Source: Oligoflexia bacterium
GTDB lineage: Bacteria; Bdellovibrionota; UBA1018
Length of the DNA: 64,000 nucleotides
Direction of reading: 5' to 3'
Assembly: GCA_963758495.1 (NCBI GenBank)
Contig: CAVWVI010000003.1
Coordinates: forward strand, 1,504,001 to 1,568,000
Below are positions 20,772 to 29,995 of this stretch, piece after piece. The notes under the pieces were generated by a model. That model saw only the letters and a list, made by a program, of their open reading frames with translations. It was not told the origin of the DNA and did not search any database. The translations under genes were made by a program, and so were the position numbers. How positions within the stretch are numbered: position 1 is the first letter of the stretch; each line of letters starts with the position of its first letter.

Positions 20772-23395
20772 CTTTTCAGTAAGGTAAGTAGAAAGGTCAG
20801 CTATAATCTCCTGCTTGTGCCCTGCAAAGATTCCGAGAAAGTAAGTCAGAGTTCTCATGCCCAATGAAGTGCATCGTTTCGTTAGTTCTAGCTTTCCTTC
20901 TCTATTTAATGATCCTTGGTATGTGCGCAGAATCTGGCCTGCAACCTGAATTGTTTTAAGCGCCTTGTTTACTTCACTCAGTGTATCGACCTTGGATTGC
21001 TGATCTGAACTAAAGATTTCGTCGATCCGATCAGAGCTCTCTGCCACGGTAGCGCGGTTTTCTTTTGGGCTCTCAATTCCTAATTGTAGTTTTGGACCTT
21101 TACCTCCTGCCAGATCATTGGCGAACTGAGTATCCTTGTCGAGATCGCAGGGATTTAAGTTTGAAAAAAGACCGTCACAAGTTTTCTTTATTTCGGATAT
21201 CAGGAAATCGCTTTGGGAAAAGTAGCTCACAAAAATAATAGTATTGGCATAGTCCTCTCTGTAAAGGTTTTCACACATTCCACTTATAGTTACTTTAGTT
21301 TCTTCTTTCTCAATGTGGTCTGCGAGATATCTGCCCAAAAAGTATGTATAATAGTATCTGTATTTAAATTTATAGTTGCCGTGCACGCTTTCCAATATGA
21401 AACAATTTAATAGATAACCTTTAAGCTCACTGTATGGAACTGAAAGAGCATATATTCGACAATGATTGTTATGAAACTGTTCAAGGTCGTCATCGGACAG
21501 TGAAATTACGTTACTATTATGTAAATTAAATGCTAAATTACAAAGAAATCCTCTCAGAATCCCAAGATCTATAGACGTTGTGTTCCCCTTAACTAATGAC
21601 TCTGTCACCAAGAAGTCAAAAAGGTGACCATAAGAACCTGATGCGGTTGTATGCTGCTTGCTAGTCTCTACCTGTTGAAGAAGAGCCAAGATGTAAATCG
21701 GATAAGATGGCACCAAGTCTTTTCCAATTATCATAGTAATTATTCGATTAATTTGATCTGAGTGGCTTGCAAACTCGCTTGGAGCATATGTGTCCTCTCT
21801 GCCCAAAAGTAACCATCGTTCAATCAGCTCTAGCCGCTGTTTGTGTCCGAATGGAAGAATTTCAAGTTGGCTAAAGTCCGCAAGGAAGGTTTTTGTTCTT
21901 CCTAAGGCAGCCAATTCCTGAATCTTTAGAGAGGTGTCTCCAAGAAGAATAACTTTTCCAAACAGTCCAGAAAGAACCGTTAGTAATTTTTCTATCCCAT
22001 CCGGATTTAGGAACAACTTATCAAAGTTATCGACAATTATAACTTTATTACTCTGATTGAGTTGAACGTAGGTGTTCCATTCAGTATCGAGATAGAAGTT
22101 AGAGAAAGTTTGCTCTGAAAGTCTCAAGAAGGAATCTCTGGTTAGATGAGAATTGGTGAGTTTTTGACCATCTACTATGAGAGGAACAAATTCCTTTTCA
22201 CGCAGGACAGAAAAGCTTCGTTTGCCAAGACAAGTCTTGCCGGAGTCAAGATCTCCAAAAATAATTATTTTTTCGTGCTCGATTAGGAATTTATGGAAAT
22301 TTTCAGGACGAAGGCGTTCTTCTTCGGTATTTTTTGATAGATGTTGAGTTAGGATCTTCAGTGTTGGAAGGATGAAAATATCATTTAGATAAATCGTACT
22401 TTTTGCGGGGTGACTGAAATTCGCTCCGAGGTCATTGATATAGCGGATAGAGGCGTCAGTTAATTGGAAGGTGTTCTTTAGTAGATGTGAGTTTCGATTG
22501 AATGGAAGTTCCGTGGGAGTGTACCCCTCGATGGGAACATATTCAGTTTTTTTCCATTTAAAACGGAATCTCTTCTGCGTTTTATTGCTGAGATCAACGA
22601 GAATAGCGGCGAATTCACTGCTATTTGGATTAGAGGTTTCATTGAGAACGCCCCCTTCAAAATAATGGTTTTCAATATCTTCACTTTTTTTGAGATAGAT
22701 TGAGGGATTGTGTTCGTGGCCTGTCACTATAACGTCTGAGGTTTGTTCCACTATCTGTTTAAAGTGGGGCATAGTTTCCGGACTAAACCATGGATAAGGA
22801 TGGTGGAAAGCGGTAATCACCAATCGGAAGAGATCGATTTTAGTTCATTTGTCGGAAATGCAAGGGTACCTGGCGATTCGTCTAATTGAGACATCCAGGC
22901 CGAATTAATGCAGCGAATCGCTACCTTTTTCTCTTCAAATATTTGTTCTTCAATCCAATGCAATCTATTTTGAAACACATGGCCATTCATTTCTTCGTAA
23001 AATGAGAAAAAGTTAGTCTGTGGTTCTAAGCATGAACCAAGGTATTGAGGCTTGATTGAGCTTGGTGACTTGAGGTGGCCTAAGATCAGATCTCTAACGT
23101 CATCTTGCTGAAAGTGACAATCATGATTTCCCGGAACAACAAAAAAAGAAATGGATTTTTTTGTGGCTTCTTGGAGTGCATCACGAATCCGAGATAATAA
23201 GTCAGCACAGACCTTATACTCTTCAGCTTTTCCAGAAAAAGCTAGAACGCCGCTTACAATTAGAAGAATTCCTGAAATACTTGTGTCGGAGCAAATCGGC
23301 AGGATCGCTGAAATGAGTTTATCTACTTTTTGGAAAATCGGTTCACGTTCGTTTTTTATATGAATGTCACTGAGATGTAATATCAATAGTTGCAT
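20772..23395 (-). pseudogene. Calcineurin-like metallophosphoesterase fused to STAND/NACHT-like P-loop NTPase; frameshift near 22820, 3' truncated by IS21
   Basis: HLSDIH, SG(V)LAFSG, VPGNHD, FHHP, TGHEH; GDLDSGKT and IIVDNFD. One missing T would give SDLVITAFHHP; the ORF runs into the IS end after LTEK. Confidence 0.8.
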
Positions 23396-23551
23396 GAGTG
23401 TCCTCTAGATGTCGTCCCCAAGTAGGGCAGAGCCATGCTACCTCGTTTTGGAGAACGTCCAATAGGCCTATAGGCTATAGGTTGATATAGGTTGAGGGTT
23501 TTGGCAATCCAGTTCAATTCCCGAAAGTGCTTACATTTCATAGATCTAAAT

Positions 23552-23580
23552 ATAAACCCCATATATACTAAGGGGTTTAT
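23552..23580. promoter_or_regulatory. Inverted repeat, putative AbiEi operator
   Basis: ATAAACCCC-N11-GGGGTTTAT immediately followed by TTGACG, upstream of abiEi. Confidence 0.55.
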
Positions 23581-23616
23581 TGACGTGCTGCAAAGACTAT
23601 GAGATTATATCCCTTA

Positions 23617-24252
23617 ATGAGTAAGGGCTATAAAGAACAAAAACATCAAAATCCGCGGGATAACGAGCGACGTCTTTTTGAGATTGCTGATTCTCTACAA
23701 GGTTTTTTTACCGCCAAACAGGCGGTAGCTGCTGGTTATAGCGAAAAGAATCACGCATTCCACGTTCACGCCGGAAATTGGGTTCGGGAACTCCACGGAG
23801 TCTATCGTCTTCGAAGTTATCCACAGAGCACTGAGTCGGATCTAGTGCTTTGGTCCCTTTGGTCAAGAGGTAAGGATGGTATTCCCCATGGGATTTATTC
23901 CCATGAAACGGTGCTCAGTCACTACGATCTTTCCGATATCAATCCTGCCCGTTTGCATATGACAGTACCTACTCGTTTTAAAAGAATGGTAAAACCTCCT
24001 GAAAATCTCGTTCTTTATAAGAGTGACCTTCCAAAGGAAGACATCCGCCAAATGCATGGCTATCAAATGACTACAGTGAAGCGAGCTCTCGAAGATATGT
24101 TTCAAGCAGGAACTTATCCAAAAGATCTCATTGAAAGTGCAGTCGCAGAAGCTCTAAAGTCAGGACACCTTACAGTTTCCGAACTTGAAAACTCTCAAGT
24201 TCTAAAGCCCTTTCAAAAATTTCTTCAAACAAGAAAGCAACTGGCATCATGA
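23617..24252 (+). CDS. abiEi: Type IV TA antitoxin, AbiEi family
   Basis: QGFFTAKQA, VRELHGVYRL, YSHETVL, MTTVKRAL. Start 23599 or 23617. Confidence 0.85.
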   Translation: MSKGYKEQKHQNPRDNERRLFEIADSLQGFFTAKQAVAAGYSEKNHAFHVHAGNWVRELHGVYRLRSYPQSTESDLVLWSLWSRGKDGIPHGIYSHETVLSHYDLSDINPARLHMTVPTRFKRMVKPPENLVLYKSDLPKEDIRQMHGYQMTTVKRALEDMFQAGTYPKDLIESAVAEALKSGHLTVSELENSQVLKPFQKFLQTRKQLAS

Positions 24253-25142
24253 ATTCTGAGGAAAAGAGCTATATGTCGGCACGATCCTTTTCGCAGGCCT
24301 TAGCTGAAAAGCTGCGTGCCCAAGTGAAAAATCAACCTGGTTATGACATTGTACGGATTCGTCGCCAAGTAGCATTCGATCGGCTTTTAGCTAGACTCTT
24401 TGTTGAAGAGCCCTCTCCCTGGATTCTCAAAGGCGGATATGCGATGGAACTTAGATCTAATCGAGCGAGAGCTACTCGTGATATCGATTTATCGCTCCCC
24501 GATGGAAAATTCTTAGGTTTAAAGGACGAAGAGGTTTTAGGAATCGCACTTCAGCGAGAGATACAGAATCAAGCCTCAAAGGAACTTGGGGATTTTTTCC
24601 ATTTCATTATCAGTGAGCCTATTTTGGATTTAGAAGCAGCTCCTTATGGTGGTGCTCGTTTCCATATTGAAGCACGTCTTGACGAAAGAACATTTGCGAA
24701 GTTTCATCTGGATGTCGGAGTCGGCGATGCTATTTTAAAGCCTCTTGATGTATTACAAAGTCATGATTGGCTAGCTTTTGCGGGTATCCCCGCCAGTTCC
24801 TATCCAACTCTATCGAAAGAACAGCAATTTGCAGAGAAGGTACATGCTTATACCCTTCCAAGGGATGAGAATCGAAGTAACTCAAGGGTAAAAGATCTGA
24901 TTGATCTATTGCTTTTAATTCAGAGCAATGAACTTGATCGATCACGTCTTAGAGCTGCGCTTGAGGCAACTTTTATGAGGCGGGAGACTCACTCTCTTCC
25001 AGCGGAATTTCCCGATCCCCCTTTACACTGGGAAAAGCCATTTCAACATCTCGCTAAGGAAGTTGGGTTAGATGAGAATTTGGCTGCAGGTGTTAACATT
25101 GTAAGACGCTTTTTTCATGAGACGACTTATGAATCAAAATGA
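24249..25142 (+). CDS. abiEii: Type IV TA toxin, AbiEii/AbiGii nucleotidyltransferase
   Basis: ILKGG, RATRDID, AEKVHA, SRVKDLID; ATGA overlap with the antitoxin. Confidence 0.9.
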   Translation: MNSEEKSYMSARSFSQALAEKLRAQVKNQPGYDIVRIRRQVAFDRLLARLFVEEPSPWILKGGYAMELRSNRARATRDIDLSLPDGKFLGLKDEEVLGIALQREIQNQASKELGDFFHFIISEPILDLEAAPYGGARFHIEARLDERTFAKFHLDVGVGDAILKPLDVLQSHDWLAFAGIPASSYPTLSKEQQFAEKVHAYTLPRDENRSNSRVKDLIDLLLLIQSNELDRSRLRAALEATFMRRETHSLPAEFPDPPLHWEKPFQHLAKEVGLDENLAAGVNIVRRFFHETTYESK

Positions 25143-25260
25143 GCTTTGGAAATACGATTTTTCACGGAAACTTCAAGTAGGCGGTCGGCCCGGCTGGTTG
25201 CATCATTCTGCTCGGGTCAGTCATATTATCTGGCCTAGGGAAGTTTAATTGAGGTCAAGA

Positions 25261-25398
25261 ATGACAGATTTTTTTCGCTATTTAGCGGTGAATCCAGGAC
25301 AAACATTTGTTTTTCTCGGCACTATGTTAACTGTCTTTGCTGGATTTTATGTGACCTATTCTCAAAATAGAGAACAAATCAAGCAGAAAAATGAGATC
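25261..25398 (+). pseudogene. N-terminal fragment of a membrane-anchored protein truncated by IS21 element B
   Basis: MTDFFRYL...one TM helix...QKNEI, then the frame enters the IS left end. Confidence 0.45.
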
Positions 25399-25533
25399 TG
25401 GCTAGTGCCAATGAATCTTGCCGGTCCAGTGCCAATTAAATTTGCCGGTTAACTGAAATAGTTAACAGTACCTGGAGGTTTTGCCTCCAGTCGTCTCTCG
25501 GGTAGAACTCGCTCTATTGGAGTTAACCGGAGT

Positions 25534-27043
25534 ATGATTTTAATGACTGAGTTCAAAAGGATTATTCAGCTAAGGAATGATGGCAAAACCCAAAAAGAAA
25601 TTGGAATTGAACTAGGGTTGTCCGAAAGGACTGTGAGAAATTATCTTAAAAGTGGGTCAGTTCCGTCTTATACACGGACTGTATCTACCCGCCCTGATCC
25701 CCTGTCTGAAGCTCATCTCCAAATTGCACATGAGATGCTTCGCCAATACCCAAAAACCCAAGTAAAGAGCATTTTGTCACGACTGAGAAGGGAAGGTTAC
25801 AAGGGGAGTTATCGGACCCTTCTGAGACGGTTGGAGAGTATAACCAGGGTATCGGATCCGGCGCCAGTATTCTTTCAACGCGAACATTTCCCAGGTGATG
25901 TTATGGAGGGAGACTTTACCGAGCTTTCTGGGATTTCAATCGGTGGCGAAATTTTGAAGATCCAACTCTGGGTAGTTCGGCTTATTTTCAGTGGCAGAAT
26001 TTCAGCTACGGCATTTTTTAATACTACTTGGGAGTGCTTTCTAGAAGGCAGTGTGCAGGCTTTTAATTCTTTTGGTGGCATAGCCCAGCGCTATCGCCTC
26101 GATAATTTATTATGTGGAGCTCCACATAATTAAGGACTCAACATAAAATTTAAGTCCTGTGGTAAAACTCTTGGGTCGTGGGGAGCGAAAAATTACGGCC
26201 CGCTTTGCTCAATTTCAAAATCATTATGGGTTTAAAGCCGATTTCTGCAACCCAGCGTCAGGATGGGAGAAGGGATCGATTGAAAGTACAGTTGGGCATC
26301 TTAAAATACGAATCCGTGAAGTCATTGGCCTCGGGAATCTTCACTTCCGAGACCTAGCGTCATTCCAGCAATTGGTGAACAAAGTTGTAAATGAACAGAA
26401 TGCGGAAGCTGCAGTGGAAGAGAAGTTTAACCAGGAACCCTTGATACTCCTTCCTCGAGAGCCATTCCCTGCCTTTGAAGAAGTCGTAGTAAATATTGAT
26501 AAGTATTCGACTTTCAGTCCTCTGAAGAATGGCCATCGGTATTCTGCTCCTAGCCATTTAAGTGGTCTTTCCCTCGAAGCCCGGATCTATGCTTCGAGGA
26601 TTGATCTCATTTATGAATCGAAAGTAGTTGCCACCCATTGCAGGCTATGGGGTAAATCTAACCAGACTAAGATCGAAGTTGTCCATATTATCCGCGAACT
26701 CTGTAAGAAACCTGGAGTCGTCCTGGAGTGGAAACACCGCCATGTTCTCTTCTCTCATCCCATTTGGAATCGCTTTTACGAAAGATTGAAAGTCCAGCCT
26801 GCCAACGGTCCGACAGCCTTAAAGGAATACTTAAACTGTTTAAAATATATGGCTGAATATGGCCGTGAAAACGTCACTGCGGCTATGGAGCTCTGCCTCG
26901 AGGGCAGCAACGAATTATCATTACTAAAACTAAAGGAGGTCCTTACCAATGAACCTGTAGCTGACATTCTCAACATAAAACCAGCTCGTAGAGATCTTAA
27001 TCAATACGACGAATTATTTAGCCTCCAAAGAAAGGAAAATTAA
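25534..27043 (+). pseudogene. istA: IS21 transposase IstA interrupted by a 43-bp insertion
   Basis: N-terminal HTH, EGDF, YRLDNL|SPVVKL, WEKGSIE. Removing 26110-26152 restores a 488-aa ORF. Confidence 0.88.
26104..26152. mobile_element. 37-bp palindromic mini-insertion flanked by 6-bp direct repeat AATTTA
   Basis: AATTTA-[TTATGTGGAGCTCCACATAATTAAGGACTCAACATAA]-AATTTA. Confidence 0.7.
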
Positions 27044-27045
27044 TA

Positions 27046-27825
27046 ATGGCCACCAGCCAAAATATGCAAATACACCTTGAGTTGAATTTAAAAACACTAA
27101 AACTTCCCAGTATCCTCAGATCCTATCAAAAGGTGAGCGAAGCCGCCGCTGAAGAGGGTCTCACGTGTGAGCAATACCTGTATCGCCTAACCGGCATCGA
27201 AGTTGAGAAGCGAAAGGAGAAAAAAATCAATGCACTCATACAACATGCAAAATTCCCCCTTAAGAAGCTACTGAGTGATTTTAAGTTTGAAGAAACACCC
27301 ACTATCAGCAGGCAAACCTTTATTGAATTGGCTGAAGGGCATTTCTTAGCTGACGCCAAAAATGTCCTACTTTATGGAGCACCAGGAGCAGGCAAAAGCC
27401 ATTTGGCCATGGGGTTGGCCAGGGAGCTGTGTCTCAGAGAAAAAAAAGTTGTCTTTTTTACTGCCTGCGATCTTACTCAACGGCTAATTAAAGAAAAAAA
27501 CAATCTAAGACTCTCTGAGTTTTTGAAAAAGCTGAACCGATATGACTTGATCTGCATTGATGAACTTGGCTTTATCCCATTTGAAAGAACAGAAGCTGAT
27601 CTCCTCTTCCAGTGCTTCAGTGCCTGCTACGAAAGGACTTCAATTCTTATTACGACAAATTTGGTTTTTAGTGAATGGGACCAAATATTCAAAGATACAA
27701 AAACCACTACTGCAGCAATTGATCGCCTGATTCATCACGCTTATTTATTTGATATCAGTAGCGAGGAAAGCTTCAGGAAGAAAGAAGCCAGAAAAAACAT
27801 GGACCAAAAACAACAAAAATGTTAG
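27046..27825 (+). CDS. istB: IS21 helper ATPase IstB
   Basis: GAPGAGKSH, LICIDELG, AAIDRLIHH. Confidence 0.95.
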   Translation: MATSQNMQIHLELNLKTLKLPSILRSYQKVSEAAAEEGLTCEQYLYRLTGIEVEKRKEKKINALIQHAKFPLKKLLSDFKFEETPTISRQTFIELAEGHFLADAKNVLLYGAPGAGKSHLAMGLARELCLREKKVVFFTACDLTQRLIKEKNNLRLSEFLKKLNRYDLICIDELGFIPFERTEADLLFQCFSACYERTSILITTNLVFSEWDQIFKDTKTTTAAIDRLIHHAYLFDISSEESFRKKEARKNMDQKQQKC

Positions 27826-27904
27826 CCGGAAACCGGCAAATTTAGTTGTCACTCACCGGCAATTTTTATTGGCACTCTCCAATAAATAATAAGTAGAGTT
27901 CGTC

Positions 27905-28318
27905 CTACGCAACTTCACCGAGTTCATGTGAGTAAGTCAGCTTTGGCATCTCAATAACAATCCGACGATAATTAAAAGCAAGCTTCGGCGCTTTAGAACC
28001 CTTGGCATCACCGCTCTCCTCCAATGTAATAAATCCCATAGCTTCCAGTGCAGTGCAGTCTCGCTGCACATTACCGAAGTCACGATCTAAGAGTTGAGCA
28101 AGCTGATAAATAGAAGTAGGCTTCTGGCTAATGATCGCTGCGAGAATGACTATCTTCTGTTCAGTCATGAATTTTTGATAATCCACCACTGAGTTGAACA
28201 AGATCGTATCCTTTTTCCCAATGCTAGGTTTTTGAGCTTTCAATGCAGCTTGTGTCCGAGCTTTGAAATCATCCCATTTCTCAAAACGAATATAGAGTGA
28301 TTTATCTTTATTTAGCAT
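27905..28318 (-). CDS. HVO_A0114-like winged-HTH protein (putative TumA-like antitoxin)
   Basis: KPTSIYQLAQLLDRDFGNVQRDC...LEAMGFITL; overlaps the upstream toxin-like gene. Confidence 0.7.
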   Translation of the reverse strand: MLNKDKSLYIRFEKWDDFKARTQAALKAQKPSIGKKDTILFNSVVDYQKFMTEQKIVILAAIISQKPTSIYQLAQLLDRDFGNVQRDCTALEAMGFITLEESGDAKGSKAPKLAFNYRRIVIEMPKLTYSHELGEVA

Positions 28319-28619
28319 CTTTCAAAATCCTTTCTACTTCCTGGTAGAATAGAGCCAGTGCCGCATTGTGGTCAGTTACTGGAAGCTCTACACGAACTTC
28401 TTTGTCTTCCGGTAACTCAGTGTGCATATGGAAACCAAAAGGTTCATGATTATCCACTAGTAGCCTCGGAAAGTTACCTTCCACGTCTATCAAGACAAAC
28501 TTAGCTTTAATTCCGTGAGGGAACTTCTCGCTTACCGGAACTTCGAGTGCATACAGGACAACCCTGTAACGGTTGTTGATGGCAAATTTCTCGTCGAGGA
28601 TAATCCGCGTTGCACTCAC
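28308..28619 (-). CDS. DUF6516/TumE-like putative toxin
   Basis: VPVSEKFPHGIK, VDNHEPFGFHMH, and LFYQEV at the end. Confidence 0.65.
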   Translation of the reverse strand: MSATRIILDEKFAINNRYRVVLYALEVPVSEKFPHGIKAKFVLIDVEGNFPRLLVDNHEPFGFHMHTELPEDKEVRVELPVTDHNAALALFYQEVERILKDAK

Positions 28620-28833
28620 CTCTAAATCATAGCTTAAAACATATGTTCAGTCACCATATATCTAACAAGGATCATTTGTCCGCTATATCGGTCGAGATGG
28701 GGCGCATTTGGGGCGTGTAACTGTGTACATGTGTAGCGCATCGTATCGGAGTGTATCGTTCGAGCGGTTTCTAAGTATCTAATATTTAAAAATATTCCAA
28801 ATCTATCAAGAAGTTAGAAACTGGATCAAAATC

Positions 28834-28850
28834 TCCCTCCTCCTGAGCCA
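28834..28850 (+). repeat. att-like copy 2 of tRNA-Asn 3' end
   Basis: TCCCTCCTCCTGAGCCA identical to 14049-14065. Confidence 0.92.
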
Positions 28851-28857
28851 ATTAAAT

Positions 28858-28897
28858 CGAAACCCTCGGAAAACTTGAATGTTTTCCGGGGGTTTCG
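28858..28897 (+). terminator. Hairpin following att copy 2
   Basis: CGAAACCCTCGGAAAAC / GTTTTCCGGGGGTTTCG with loop TTGAAT. Confidence 0.65.
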
Positions 28898-29023
28898 TGT
28901 TCTAGGCTTCTCGAAATTTCATTTTTGCGGGCCTTTGCGGGCCATGATCGGGTCGATCATTTGCCTCGAAAAATTTACTGCTTCAAAATGGACGACAACT
29001 TCTCGTCCATTTTTTTTTGGGTT

Positions 29024-29995
29024 TCAGCAATCTGCTGATCCCGGTTGTACATTATCAACATTACCGTCAGCAAAAACCGGCTGCCCCCCAACATCTTTAG
29101 CTACATCTCTAGTTAATTTGGTTAATCTAGGTTGAGTAACTTTAGCTTGCTCATACACATGGTTCAATAACTCCTTCCTTAGCTCTCCCCCATGCTCTTT
29201 GTCTTGAGATTTTGCTATAATTTCCGGCGAGATTACCTTCCCTTGTGAATCACGAACCTCTTGATTTACAGTTTTTTTATCTACTTGAAATGGGTTTTTA
29301 TGATTTACACCACCTGTTGTTGCACTGGAATTTAATCCGTCTTTTACTGATTTGCCAGTGGTGTGAAATTCTTGCATTCTTTGAAGATTTCTTTGGGCTT
29401 TGCCTGGATCATTGAAGGTTCCATAAATGGGATTGGAATTAATTTCACCATTTGATTTTGTTCTATTATGTATATTTTGAAATTTACTATCATTCCGAAG
29501 TTCGCGAACCTCGCTTATAGTGCCATTTGGACTTTTTAATTGAGCAGAGACTGTCGAATTCTCATTTAGGCCCGTTTCAGTGTGGCGATATGAATGCTTA
29601 TTGTCGATCGAGTTGTTCATCTCATTTTGAAAAAAGTGGAGTTCCTTTTCAGATCCAAACTTATGAGTCACTGACACAGAATTACCATTATGAAGCTGCA
29701 TATCAATTTTAGTGGAAACACTTCCTGTCGGAGTCGCAGGATCAGGATGTACGATCATTTTTTTTATAGGTTGTTTTTCTAAACTTTCTTTTCTTTTAAT
29801 GGAGGAAGTCGTTTTCAATAGGGGTAATCTTTTTCTTGTTTCGTTAACCCTTGAAGACCTTGGGCCGGTTTTAGGTTGTCCAGGCTGGTCAGATGAATTT
29901 GTTGCAAACACCTGTTTAATTACCAGGTCATTACGAGAAACATAGACAGCGACGAAAAGTAAAAAAAAGCGAATTAATTTTTTGCAGAGTAACAT
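29024..29995 (-). CDS. Hypothetical exported protein, possibly 3' truncated
   Basis: Hydrophobic N-terminus and a long hydrophilic K/N/S-rich body; no firm family. Confidence 0.55.
   Translation of the reverse strand: MLLCKKLIRFFLLFVAVYVSRNDLVIKQVFATNSSDQPGQPKTGPRSSRVNETRKRLPLLKTTSSIKRKESLEKQPIKKMIVHPDPATPTGSVSTKIDMQLHNGNSVSVTHKFGSEKELHFFQNEMNNSIDNKHSYRHTETGLNENSTVSAQLKSPNGTISEVRELRNDSKFQNIHNRTKSNGEINSNPIYGTFNDPGKAQRNLQRMQEFHTTGKSVKDGLNSSATTGGVNHKNPFQVDKKTVNQEVRDSQGKVISPEIIAKSQDKEHGGELRKELLNHVYEQAKVTQPRLTKLTRDVAKDVGGQPVFADGNVDNVQPGSADC

Larger units (their letters stand above)
25399..27881 (+). mobile_element. IS21-family insertion sequence (element B, istA disrupted)
   Basis: Ends TGGCTAGTGCCAATGAATCTTGCCGGT vs reverse complement TGGAGAGTGCCAATAAAAATTGCCGGT, each with a second internal TTGCCGGT repeat. 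Confidence 0.9.
14066..28850. mobile_element. Genomic island 1 integrated at tRNA-Asn (defence island)
   Basis: Bounded by the direct repeat TCCCTCCTCCTGAGCCA (14049-14065 and 28834-28850); contains an integrase remnant, IS elements, defence and TA genes. Confidence 0.85.
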
